Assembly (NCBI RefSeq): GCF_011386835.1
Contig: NC_088797.1
Coordinates: 79,670,001 to 79,734,000, forward strand
Length of the DNA stretch: 64,000 bases
Reading direction: 5' to 3'
Source: Chrysemys picta bellii
Lineage: Eukaryota
The notes beneath the pieces were generated by a model that saw nothing but the letters and a program-made list of their open reading frames with translations, was not told the DNA's origin and ran no database searches. The position numbers and the translations under genes were made by a program. The first letter of the stretch is position 1. Every line of letters begins with the position of its first letter. This document shows, piece after piece, positions 38,817 to 50,942 of this stretch.

Positions 38817-39492
38817 CAGAGGTGGGCAAACTATGCCCCATAGGCCACATCCGGCCCACCAGCCGTTTTAATCCGACACTCGAGCTCCTGCTGGGGAGTG
38901 GGGTCTGGGGCTTGCCCCACTCCAGCGCTCCAGATGAAGGGCAGGGGCAGGGGCTGCTACGCATGACTCCTGGAAGCAGCAGCATGTCCCCCCTCCTGCT
39001 TCAATGCATAGGAGTAGCCAGGGGGCTCCGCTTCGCACGCTGTCCCCGTCCCAAGTGCCGTCCCTGCAGCTGGAGCAGGGACATGCCGCTGCTTCCGGAA
39101 GCTGCTTGAGGTAAGTGCCGCCTGGAGCTTGCACCCCTGAGCCACCCCCTGTGCCCCAACCTCCTGCCCCAGCCCTGATCCCCCTCCCACCCTCCAAAGC
39201 CCTTGGTCCCAGCCCATAGCACCCTCCTGCACCCCAAACCTCTCATCCTCAGCCCCACCCAGAGCTTGCACCCCCAGCTGGGGCCCTCACACACACACAC
39301 CCCACACCCCATATGCCCTGCCCCAGCCTGGAGGCCCACACCTGGAATTCCTCATTTCTGGAACCTGCATGCCCAGCCCAGAGCCCATACCTCCTCCCAC
39401 ACCCCAACCTCAATTTTGTGAGCATTCATGGCCCACCATACAATTTCTATACCCAGATGTGGCCCTCGGGCCAAAACGTTTGCCCACTCCTG
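38817..39492. mobile_element. hAT (Charlie-like) non-autonomous element
   Basis: TIR CAGAGGTGGGCAAAC / GTTTGCCCACTCCTG; perfect TSD gtctaatg. Confidence 0.92.
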
Positions 39493-41181
39493 GTCTAATG
39501 TATGATGGGCTGATCTGTGCGACATCTAGTCACATCAAGATAGGAATCTTCACCATATGGGTTAGATCACCTTTTTGGGAGTTTAATTGTTGTTTAGATT
39601 GAAAAGTTTGTCTTCACCTACCCAAGTCCAAAAAGAAAATGAAACTCCAAGGGCCAACATAAAGAAAGAGCTTCATGCAAGTACTGATACTGCATCTCAG
39701 CATACCCTCCACTTGCTCCCTCCTCCCTGCTGCAGCTTTAGCTCACTTCCCTTGCATCAACTTTCCTTGCCTGCTCATCAGTTAGCCTTGATATGTCAGC
39801 AGCAGCAGGGCTTCTAGTTTACTCCACAAGGTTAAAATCCTGCCATGTGCCATGAAGGATGCATTCAATCTGTTGGATGTGCTTGCTCAGGCAGGAGTTA
39901 CCTAGAGCCCTGAGGCAGATAATAGGTTGTCCTTCAACATCAATGACTGCCTGGGAATTTGAGTCAAGTCCATCCTTGACCTCTACCAGCTACAGGATCC
40001 TAACCTAGTTCTCCAAGCAACTTCATGGAGCTTGAATCACAAGCCTACATATGGAGATGACAGAAAGCCTTCACAGAAGCAAACAATAGCACTCAGGGGA
40101 AAATCTAGTTCTTATACATTCAGGTTTCACTTGTACAGTATCTGAAATTTCTTTAAAGTAACATTAAAGTTTAGTTTTCACTCCCTACATTTAAGTAAAA
40201 TACTTACCATCTGGGGAAGCAGCTTAGTGTTAATTTTTCCATTAAGACATACCCAGGTGTTTATGACTATGGTGGCTTCTTTTTTTGTACCATAGCTGCT
40301 TACAAGCATTTAATCCATGTTGGGTACAGTTTCTAAAGTAAGCAGTATGACTCAGGTTTGGAACATTTCCAGCTTTGGAAGGGAAAAAAAAGAAGAGCGA
40401 GAACCTTCCTTGTGGTCTGGGTTGCTCCTAAACCAATCTGCCCTCAGTGGAGAAAATGAATTACATGTCTGCCATGTAAATATTCATTTACTGGAAACAA
40501 GACATAATTTGGGCAAACAAAGTGACAGTTTCCCCACACATTTGTCAATGCACTTTAGTCTTGCCCCCAGAAGACATGCCTAGTGCATCAAAGTCTTTTG
40601 TTTCTCTAACATGGAGACTACCAGTTAGGAAGATGGGTGTTGCAATGTGAGTATTTGCACATTGTGCTCTGGGAGTAAGAGATTCCAAAACTCATTGTCA
40701 TCTGTAACTAGATATGGGTCTGAGTTGCATCTTGGTTCATGATCCAAACTTTAATTAAGTTAGGGACTGTTTGGATCTGCAGTATTAGTTTGTGCTACTC
40801 TCTGCTTTAATTTATTCAGTTTGAAACCAGGTCCCAGGAGGTGAGGCTAGGGCACTTCTCAACTGTCGCACTAGACTGTTTACAATAGCCATTATTTACT
40901 TGGCCATTCCAAGTTCTTCGTAGCAGTTCATCTTTGTTACGCTGTATGTATTGATTCTCATGATTTTAAATGGGTGTTTTGCATCTACATACTTGGCCAG
41001 CACTGAAGATTTATGGAGGGAGGACCCATAATTTATTATTAATTATTATTATTATTATTTATTTATTTGTTAACCACCAAAGGTGTGCTTGATGCTGAAC
41101 AAGACACAAAATAAAGACAGCTCCTCTCCTGAAGAGTCTGCAATCTAAAAGAAAAAAAGATGTCTAGAATCCATCATAATT

Positions 41182-41233
<52 letters not shown>
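41182..41233. repeat. (TC)n(AC)n compound microsatellite
   Basis: Direct reading. Confidence 0.95.
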
Positions 41234-41237
<4 letters not shown>

Positions 41238-42091
41238 CACCTTTGAATGCATCATTATGGGTTAATAAAATACCTATTTATTAACCTGAAATCCTATTCA
41301 CAGAGATAAAGTCTGAAAACTATATGTCTGGGGTTCATTATATATCAAACTGATTGCTTCCTCTATCTAAATTGTTTCATAATCTGTTTACTATTAGAGG
41401 CATTCATAATATAATTTATAATTTTTAAATTGGCCTTTTAAAAATAATTGTTAGTAAACTTTTCAGCTTTCCACAGACCTCAAGGCTATTACTGTGAGTC
41501 TGTTCAAACTTTGCATCTTGTCTTTGCAGATGCTGCAACACATTAATAAAAGCAACATTTTCAGTCAGATTCTGAGTATCATTTCATATCTGAACATTTC
41601 TCAAATACTACATCAGTCTTTATTCTAGCACAGAAATACAACAAAATATTATTTCTTTCTTGAGTAATACTGATCTTCAGGTCAGCTACACTAATTTTGC
41701 ATTGGAATGTGAAGAGTACAAATCTAAATGATAGTCTAAAACTTTTATTTTTAACCACAAATGGATAACAACATTGTTATCCACTTGGAGTTATAATAAT
41801 GGGAACATCTTGGTGGAAATTAAAAAAAAAAAAGCCTCAGCACATAAATTAACATTATTTCAACATGGTTACTGGCTAAAATGTCCTTATTTTCTAAAGT
41901 TTAAAATACTATAAAAGAAAGTACAAATAAACATCACAACACATGGAATCAGAAAAGTCTAAATAAAGAGTCTGAGAGGAAAATTGAGACCACTGCTATA
42001 GTAGCTACTACTACATTGGGAGAAGTTATAGCTATCATGCAAGTTAATGGGAGTGAGAAAGCAGGTGAAGAAGCCTCCAGGTGGTGTTCTG

Positions 42092-42303
42092 AACAGAGAA
42101 GAATATTCTTATTTCTATCCAAAGATCTGGCTTCACACAAGTGTGAATAATCAAACTCCTGAAACTTTATCCAGCTGTAAAACTACAAGGCTCACGGAGC
42201 TAGACAGCTTCCTTCAGTTCAGAACATTTAAAAACCAAAACCCCCATCAACAACAGACTTTCAGGAATGGCATTGTTTTGGTCCCTTCTGGTTGCATTCT
42301 ATT
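42092..42303 (+). repeat. Dispersed direct repeat, copy 2
   Basis: Colinear with 38523-38742. Confidence 0.85.
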
Positions 42304-43215
42304 AACCCGCCAAGAAAATAATCTGGGTACTGTGGAAGATGTCTCTCTGCTAGCCATGAACAGGCCAGAATAGAGGGGGTGATTGGGACCACAAACCACT
42401 GGAATGGTTCAGTGGCTCAAAATCCCCACATAGATGGTGTTGAAGATCAATGGGCTCTATTCCAGCCCCTATAGAGTTCACTACAGAAAGCCTGATTAAT
42501 TAGGCCTTCTCTGAGCCACAGTTCCTTCTCAGGGCTCTTCTCAGGGTGGCACAGCTATGTGTCTGAGTCTAGCACTGTATTGGCAGTAATGCTCACCATT
42601 CCCAATTACTGCACTTGCTGTGGTCCTACCAAAATGCGAGTCGTCTTCTTTTAAGTACAATACAGTATCTTATTCAGTGCAAATAGAACTTGCACTTATG
42701 TGACATTACACTAAATGATGATTGGGATTTTTACTCTGAACTCTCCTTTGATCAGGGTAGGTCCTCACTAGCAAATGAATAATCCCAGAATTCACTTTAT
42801 AGTGGAGGGTAGACATTAGAAATGTAAAATGTATACCCTATCCTTTCAGAAGTTACCTCCTATTGTCAGTTGTTTCTTCCCAAGAATGTGTATATTTATC
42901 TCTTTGGCAAATATTTAGTTTTTAAAATAAAATACTAAAACAACGCTCTATTTATGAAGCAGCAGCAGCAGAAAGAATATTCCAGGGAATTAGTGGCAAT
43001 TTGATTTTAAAATAGCGAAGCAAAAGATCGGAGCAAATTAGCATGTTAGCAGTAAATCAAACAATTTTCTGAAGTACTCGGGTCTAACGTACTGATTCTT
43101 GCTAGTAGGGTAATAAGAAAAGTTAGTGGGAAAAAAAGAGATTATTTCTAAAGTTAGAAAATAAAATGAAAATGTTGAAGTTAAATATCACTGCAATACA
43201 AAAATGCACAAATAC

Positions 43216-43278
43216 CTTCTTCAACATCTGACATATATTCACCATCACTGAGAATTTCAGGGGTGTAGGCTTTACGAA
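43216..43278 (-). CDS. ANK3: Ankyrin-3 63-nt symmetric linker exon (V-RKAYTPEILSDGEYMSDVEE)
   Basis: CAG acceptor, GTATTT donor, phase 1/1; resembles recalled human VRKANAPEMLSDGEYISDVEEG. Confidence 0.92.
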
Positions 43279-43473
43279 CTGCATGATTTAAGTAAACAAT
43301 ATATGTAAATATGTAGAACATCGATATGTCAACAAAACAATGTAATGTCATAACTAATAAATGTTTTTTGCAACAACGATTATCCAGTGGGGCGGGGGGA
43401 ATAATTTAACAAACAATCTATGATACAACAAATAGAATTTTAAAAGTAAATAAAAATGTCCTTTTTTGCATAC

Positions 43474-43546
43474 CTTCATCATCAGACATGTCAAGAACTT
43501 CATTCATAGTTTCTGGTACATTCATTTTATGCTTTTCTGTTACAGT
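43474..43546 (-). CDS. ANK3: Ankyrin-3 linker exon ([24 protein letters not shown])
   Basis: 73 nt; CAG acceptor, GTATGC donor, phase 0/1; found by manual translation, not in the ORF track. Confidence 0.95.
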
Positions 43547-45329
43547 CTGTTAAACAATAAGATCATTTCAAAGTCCAGACATTTTCATCAGAAAAACATT
43601 TATGTAAACATGTAAAATTTATTGTTACATTTATAAGTAAAAATACATGACAGGCCACATTTATGATCTAAAATTAGCAGAAAAAGCCTTTATTTTATTT
43701 TCTGCAGTTTCAACATGTAGCTGCATATAATTATGAAGTACAGTATATTCAAATAATAAAACTACCTAATATTATATCAACATATGTAACTATATTCAAG
43801 CTCATACAGCAGATAGGATGCTCTGAGGACCCAAAAGATGATCGTATCACCTAAAAGAAACAAGTACACTGAAAGAATTTAAGACCAAGATTTTTTAAAA
43901 ACAGGAGCCTAAAGTAGTACCTTACTCTGTCTACAGACCCATTGACTTTAATGGGAGCAAGAGTAGCACAATCTAGCCCTAAACTATTAAGTCCCTTTCT
44001 GCTGCGTGAAATTTCCTTCTTCCTGCATTGGAAGTATTTTGTGATTTTGGAACTAATTTTCTCTGCAATATTTTTAAATACATACTTTATCTTGAACTGC
44101 CTATATTTTCCATAGTGACAACTGCAATAATATTATGGTTATCTATGATACTCATCAGAAAATTTTGCACAGAATGCATTCAGATGGTTGATTTTTACTT
44201 CTGTCATTTATTCTCATTCAGGTTCAGGGAGCAGTATAAGAAGACTTAGAGTTGGGGGAAACTGAGTTTGCATGCCTGAAATCTTCATTGAAAGTAGCTA
44301 GATATGACAAGATACCTCAGAGCTGACCTGCTGGTTTAATAAAAAAAGGGGATATTGAAACCCAAAAGGAACCACAAACTCTGAAGTAAGAGAGCAGTCA
44401 AGCACTAATGATGTTTTGGATCCTACAGAAAAATCTCTACAGGTTTGGTATAGCTGTATCCAAGCCAGGATGCTCAGTGGTATTCAAATATATGCCCACA
44501 TTTGTGTTTCCTCTTATTCTACTACTGTTATTTCCCCGTCATCAGACACAAAGTTAAAAAATGATTAACAAAGTTTTAGGAGGAAAAATGACTGAAAAGA
44601 TTCTGGTTGTGGTCTTTGATCCAAACTTTTAAGCTTGTCATTCCACATCTACCTTTATATACTTTATTTTTGTCTGGTTTCATAAATAATTCTGTGGCAA
44701 GTTTACGTCTGTTTGGCTCCTGTCCTCATTTGATATAATGGAAGCATTCCTTCATGAGCATGGCAGCTCAGAACTTATTACTTACCTTAAATAATTCCCA
44801 CAGAACAAAATGAGTGTAAGAATTTCTAGCACCTTTTAGTTAAACTACCAGCTTTAGAAGGTTCTGCCAATGCATGTTCAAAGATTTTACCTCAGCCATG
44901 TCTATACAGACTGAATTGAATAGATCAAAGATCACACACAGAATTTGTTCAGTCATTATTAGAGTTTTATTACAGTATGTGTAAAAATCACAATACAGTA
45001 ACCTACATTCACCCTTTGTACCACCTTAAATTGAATAACAGATGGGATAGATTTGGCCGAATATCCTCAAAAGATCTTTAAATTAGATGACTACTTGACA
45101 TGAGAATATAATGCCCTCAGTAATTCAGATTCCATCTCAAAGTGCCAAGAGTCTAAAATGCACCATACCATGTTGGTGACTGATTACTAACATCTTGATT
45201 TTAATGAAAACTATTTTCTGGGCTTCTGTGACTAGAGCTGTGTCTAACCTAGAAGGCATTTTGGATGTACAGTCCTTTTTGTACCTCACATTTCTTGTAG
45301 TCTAATTCACAATAAGATGTAATCTTATC

Positions 45330-48300
45330 AAAAGAGCTTTAAACTAGGAAGTTGGGGGAAACGGTTGGGAGATGTACAGTTAATCTCCACGCCAGATTCC
45401 AACATTGAAAAGGCGAGTGATAAGATAAGAGGAGATATAGCCAGGGAGATGGGATTGGACATAAGAAGGAGAGGGAGGACGAACACAAAGAGGCCTGTAA
45501 CATATTGCGTTACTAATGGGAGACAGGCTAAACGACATACATTAGGATGTTTATACACCAATGCGAGAAGCCTAGGTAACAAAATGGAGGAATTGGAGCT
45601 CTTGGTCAGAGAATTGAAACCGGATATCGTAGGAATAACTGAAACGTGTTGGAACAGCAGTCACGACTGGAATACAGGTATGGAAGGGTATGCACTGTTT
45701 AGGAAAGACCGGAACAAAGGTAAAGGTGTGTGGGGGGGTGGCATTGTATGTCAATAATGAGATAAGCTGTAAAGAAATAATAGTTGATGGAATAGATAAC
45801 ACGGAGTCCATCTGGGCAATACTCATACTGGGTAAAAGAACTACTAGAGCCTCTCCAGCGATAGTGCTTGGGGTGTGCTATAGACCGCCGGGATCGACCC
45901 AGGATATGGATAAAGAACTATTTAATGTGTTTAGGGAAGTAAATACTAATAGGAACTGTGTAATTATGGGGGACTTTAACTTCCCAGATATAGATTGGGG
46001 AACAAACACTAGTAGCAATAATAGGGCTCAGATGTTCCTAGATGTGCTTGCTGATCAATTCCTTCATCAAGTGGTAGCTGAACCGACGAGGGGGGAGGCC
46101 ATTTTGGATTTGATTTTGGTGAGTAGTGAGGACCTCGTTGAGGAAGTGGTTGTAGGGGACAACTTGGGATCCAGTGATCATGAGCTAATTCGGTTTAAAC
46201 TAAATGGAAGGAGTAACAGAATTAAATCAAAGACTAGGGTTTATAATTTTAAAAAGGCTAATTTTAACAAATTAAGAGGACTGGTAAGGGAAGTGGATTG
46301 GGCAAATGTATTAATGGATCTAAAGGCAGATGATGCCTGGGATTACATTAAGTTAAAGCTGCATGAGCTGTCGGAGGTCTGTATCCCAAAAAAGGGAAAA
46401 AGATTAGTAAGCAAGAGATTTAGACCGAGCTGGATGAGCAACCATCTCAGAGGGGCGATTAGGAAAAAACAGAAAGCGTACAAAGAGTGGAAGAAGGGAG
46501 GGATCAGTAAGGAAACTTACCTTAGTGAAGTCAGAGAATGTAGAGATAGAGTGAGAAAGGCCAAAAGCCGTGTAGAGTTGGACCTTGCGAGGGGAATTAA
46601 AAGCAATAGTAAGAGATTTTACAGCCATATAAATAGGAAGAAAGCAAAGAAAGAAGAAGTGGGACCGCTGAAGACTATAGCCGGAGAGGAGATTAAGGAT
46701 AATCTAGGCATGGCGCAATATCTCAACGAATATTTTGCATCGGTGTTTAATGAGGCCAATGAAGGGATTAGGAATAGTGGCAGCGTGACAGAGGGGGATA
46801 CAGGAGGGGGGATTACTGTATCCGAGGTAGAAACCAAACTTGAACACCTTAATGGGGCTAAGTCGGGCGGACCGGATGATCTTCATCCGAGAATATTGAA
46901 GGAATTGGCACGGGAAATAGCAGGCCCCTTAGCGATAATTTTTAATGAATCTGTAAACTCGGGGGTGGTTCCGTTAGACTGGAGAATAGCTAATGTGGTT
47001 CCTATTTTCAAGAAAGGGAAAAAAAGTGACCCGGGTAACTACAGGCCTGTTAGTTTAACATCTGTAGTGTGCAAGGTGCTGGAGAAAATTCTGAAAGAGA
47101 AAGTAGTTGAGGACCTTGAGGTTAATGGCAATTGCGACAAATTACAACATGGTTTTACGAAGGGCAGATCGTGCCAAACCAATCTGATCTCCTTCTTCGA
47201 GAAAGTAACGGACTTATTAGATAAGGGAAATGCGGTGGACCTAATATACCTTGATTTCAGTAAAGCGTTTGATACTGTACCGCATGAGGAATTATTGGTT
47301 AAACTGGAAAAGATGGGGATCGATATGAAAATCCAGAGGTGGATAAGGAATTGGTTAATGGGGAGAATGCAACGGGTCGTATTGAAGGGTGAACTGTCAG
47401 GTTGGAGGGAGGTCACCAGTGGAGTTCCTCAAGGTTCGGTTTTGGGACCCATTTTATTTAATCTATTTATTACTGACCTTGGAACCGATTGTAGGAGTGG
47501 GCTGATAAAGTTTGCGGATGACACAAAGCTGGGAGGCATTGCCAATTTGGAGGAGGATAGGGATATTCTGCAGGGAGACTTGAATGAGCTTGTGAATTGG
47601 AGTATCAGAAATAGGATGAAATTTAATAGTGAAAAGTGTAAGGTGATGCATTTAGGGATGACTAACAACAATGTTAGTTACAAGCTGGGGACGCATCCGT
47701 TAGAAGTAACGGAGGAGGAGAAAGACCTCGGGGTCCTTGTAGACCGCAGGATGACTATGAGTCGACAATGTGACGTGGCGGTGAAAAAAGCCAATGCGGT
47801 CTTGGGATGCATTAGGCGAGGTATATCTAGTAGGGATAAGGAGGTGCTGCTTCTGTTGTATAAGGCGCTGGTGAGACCTCATTTGGAGTACTGTGTGCAG
47901 TTCTGGTCTCCCATGTTTAAAAAAGATGAACTCAAACTGGAACGGGTACAGAGAAGGGCCACTAGGATGATCAGAGGAATGGAAAACCTGTCGTATGAAA
48001 GGAGACTAGAGGAGCTCGGGTTGTTTAGTCTGACCAAACGAAGGCTGAGGGGGGATATGATTGCTCTCTTTAAATATATCAGAGGGATAAATACCAGGGA
48101 GGGAGAGGAATTATTCCAGCTCAGTACTAATGTGGACACGAGAACGAATGGATATAAACTGGCCGTGGGGAAGTTTAGGCTTGAAATTAGACGAAGGTTT
48201 CTGACCGTCAGAGGGGTGAAATATTGGAACAGCCTTCCAAGGGAAACGGTGAGGGCGAAGGACCTGTCTGGTTTTAAGATTAAGTTAGATAAGTTTATGG

Positions 48301-48687
48301 AGGGAATGGTTTAATGGAAAAACATGATTTTAGCCAAAGGAATACTGTGCCATGGCAGGTAAATAGTATAATGGCTAACAAGGCTGGAGACTCTTGCCTA
48401 CATGTTCGGGGTTTTACTGATCGCCATATTTGGGGTCGGGAAGGAATTTTCCTCCAGGGTAGATTGGCAGAGGCCCTGGAGGTTTTTCGCCTTCCTCTGA
48501 AGCATGGGGCAGGGATCGCTAGCAGAGGGTTTTCTGCCAATTAAAGTCACTAAGCCACAGGATTTGGGGACTTCAACAGCAGAGTCAAGGGAAGGGGTAG
48601 GGACAGCTTTGTGGCCTGCAGCATGCAGGGGGTCAGACCAGATGATCACAATGGTCCCTTCTGACCTTAAAGTCTATGAGTCTATGA
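45330..48687 (+). mobile_element. CR1 LINE, young, 5'-truncated at the end of ORF1, antisense to ANK3
   Basis: ORF1 tail KRALN*, full-length ORF2 region, about 370-nt 3'UTR ending in the (A/G)TCTATGA repeat (agtctatgagtctatga). Confidence 0.96.
45332..48314 (+). pseudogene. CR1 ORF2 (APE endonuclease + reverse transcriptase) with a single frameshift near 45728-45737
   Basis: EN motifs LYTNARS, GITET, GDFN, SDH; RT motifs YLDFSKAFD, GVPQGSVLGP, FADD; uninterrupted from 45738 to the stop at 48314. Confidence 0.93.
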
Positions 48688-50088
48688 ACTTTTCTCTACT
48701 TATAGCACATATTAAATAATATACCTTCCTACCTATGTGACATGAACCCAACTAATTCATTAGTTGTACAGGCTAAGAATGAGCCTCCTGTATTTGGAGT
48801 TCTCAGTGTGCAACAGTGAATATACTTGACCTACAATTATCTAGATCTCTACAAGCCTGAGCTTGGGATAACAAATTCCTGTTTATGCTGCTCTCCTAAA
48901 ACTCTTTTTTATGGTGTCAGCTGTTCAATAAGCCTTGTTGCCGTTGCAGAAAAATATTTTAGAATCTCCCTAGAGATAAGTAACTTTTAGAGAAGGTATG
49001 AAGAGAGGTGCCAAAAAGATCTAGAAGCAGTGGTGATTGGTGCTTATTATCCAGCATAACTAACAGTATTTCTTTGTTTTGAAGTTTATCTTGTTAGCAC
49101 ATTTTAAGACAGAGCAATATAGGTTTTATATAAGCTAATGAATTATAGAACACAGCTATGGAAGTGACAAGAGGGAAAGCGCACATGAAGTAACAAAGAT
49201 AAAAGCCAGCTTTTGATCCTGAATGTCTTCTATATATCAACCAACAGCCTTGCTAACAGGCTACTCACAAGTAATCTGATGACACCACAATTCTGAGAGG
49301 TGAATATTGACAGTTTTCTGTCTGCAGTGTGCTCAAAAAACGAGGAAGATGTTTATTTCCTACTCTGTTTTGCTTTAAACAGTAGTTTTAGAAAAAAAAA
49401 TCAAGAAAGAAATTAGCCAGGTTTTTGGAACCAATATTCACTTGCTTTAAATGGTTTTTCTTTGGTGCAGACTGTGCCCAGCTAGCATGGTGGCTTACTG
49501 GCTCCCCATGTCATGAATAGCAGCATGGGCGCGATCTGCACAAGCCACTACATTCTCCTCCCTGTGGGAGAAAGAGGTGGGGGTAGCCAGAACAGAGTGG
49601 GGACTGGGCAAAGTTTTGGCTCCATCTTCCCACATGCTGGGTGGCATAACTGTGCCAGGTAAGTACCCAGAGCAGATTACTCACTCTCTGGATGAGCAGA
49701 GTCACAATCTCCCTTCTGGGCTCCAGGGACAGTGCAACTACACACTCCCCCTTACCAAGGCAGATCATTATCTCACGATCTGACCCTTTGTAGCTACGAA
49801 GAGGATTTATGTGATAATTCAAAACATCTTGTGCTGCTTGCGTTTCAACAAATATCTGCACAAGATGTCTCAGTATCGCTTCTTTTGATAACTTTGTTCA
49901 GCAGCCATCAGTTGAAAAAGAAAAAAATATGGGAACAATTATCCACTTCCTTTACTAAGACAAAAATAGGATATACAAATGAATGTTGGTGTTTATCATC
50001 CCAGCAATATCAATTTATGTGGGTATGGATCCATAGCCAAAAGACAATAAGAGAAGATTGGTTAACAAGGGTCAGTGACATCGTAAGA

Positions 50089-50942
50089 CAGTGGTCTCCA
50101 ACCTTTTTATGCCCAAGATCACGTTTTGAATTTAAGGGCAACCCATGATCAACCCTGCCCCTTCCCCAAAGCCCCACCCCGCTCACTCCATCCCTCCCCT
50201 CTCCATTGCTCGCTCTCCCCCACCCTCACTCACTTTCACTGGGTTGGGACAGAGGGTTGGGGTTCAGGAGGGGGTGCAGGCTCTGGACTGGGGCCAAAGG
50301 GTTCGCAGTGTGGGAGGAGGCTCTGGGCTGAGCCTGGGGCAGGGTTAGGGTGTGGGAGGGAGTGAGGGATGCAAGCTCTGGGAGGGTGTTTGGGTGCAGT
50401 AGGGGGCTCTGGGCTGGAGCAGAGTGTTGGGGTGCAGGAGGGGGTGCAGAGTGCTGGCTCTGGGAGGGAGGGCTGGGGCAGGGACTTGGGGTGCAGAAGG
50501 GGGTTCGGGGTGCAGGAGGCGGTATGCGATGCTGGCTCTTGGAGGGGGCTCAGGGCTGGGATGTGGCCTCCTGCCGGGTGGCACTTATCCCTGGAAGGGG
50601 CCAACGCAGCAGTGCGGCCCCTGGGAGGGGGTCAGGAGGTACGTGGCTCTGCGTGCTGCCCCTCTCTGCACGCACCACTCCCAAAGCTCCCATTGGCCAC
50701 AGTTCCCTGTTCCCAGCCAATGGGAGCTGTGGGGTGGTGCTTGCAGGCAGGAGCAGCACACGAAGACCCCTCCCCTATGGGGCCACGGGAGCGTGCTGGC
50801 TGCTTCTGGGAGCAGCGTGGGGCCACAGCAGGCAAGGAGCCTGCCTTAGCGGCAGCCCCACTACACCACCAGAGATCATGATCACCTGGGAGAGTCACCA
50901 GGATCAACCAGTCAATCGCAATCGACGGGTTGGTGATCACTG
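50089..50942. mobile_element. hAT (Charlie-like) non-autonomous element
   Basis: TIR CAGTGGTCTCCAACC / GGTTGGTGATCACTG; TSD tcgtaaga / ttgtaaga (one CpG-type transition). Confidence 0.9.

Noticed and set aside
43170-43215. Extension of the 63-nt exon like the recalled mammalian GNRCTWYKIPK/GDKCTWFKIPK insert
   Set aside because: Read-through gives GICAFLYCSDI then TAA; no equivalent separate exon was found.
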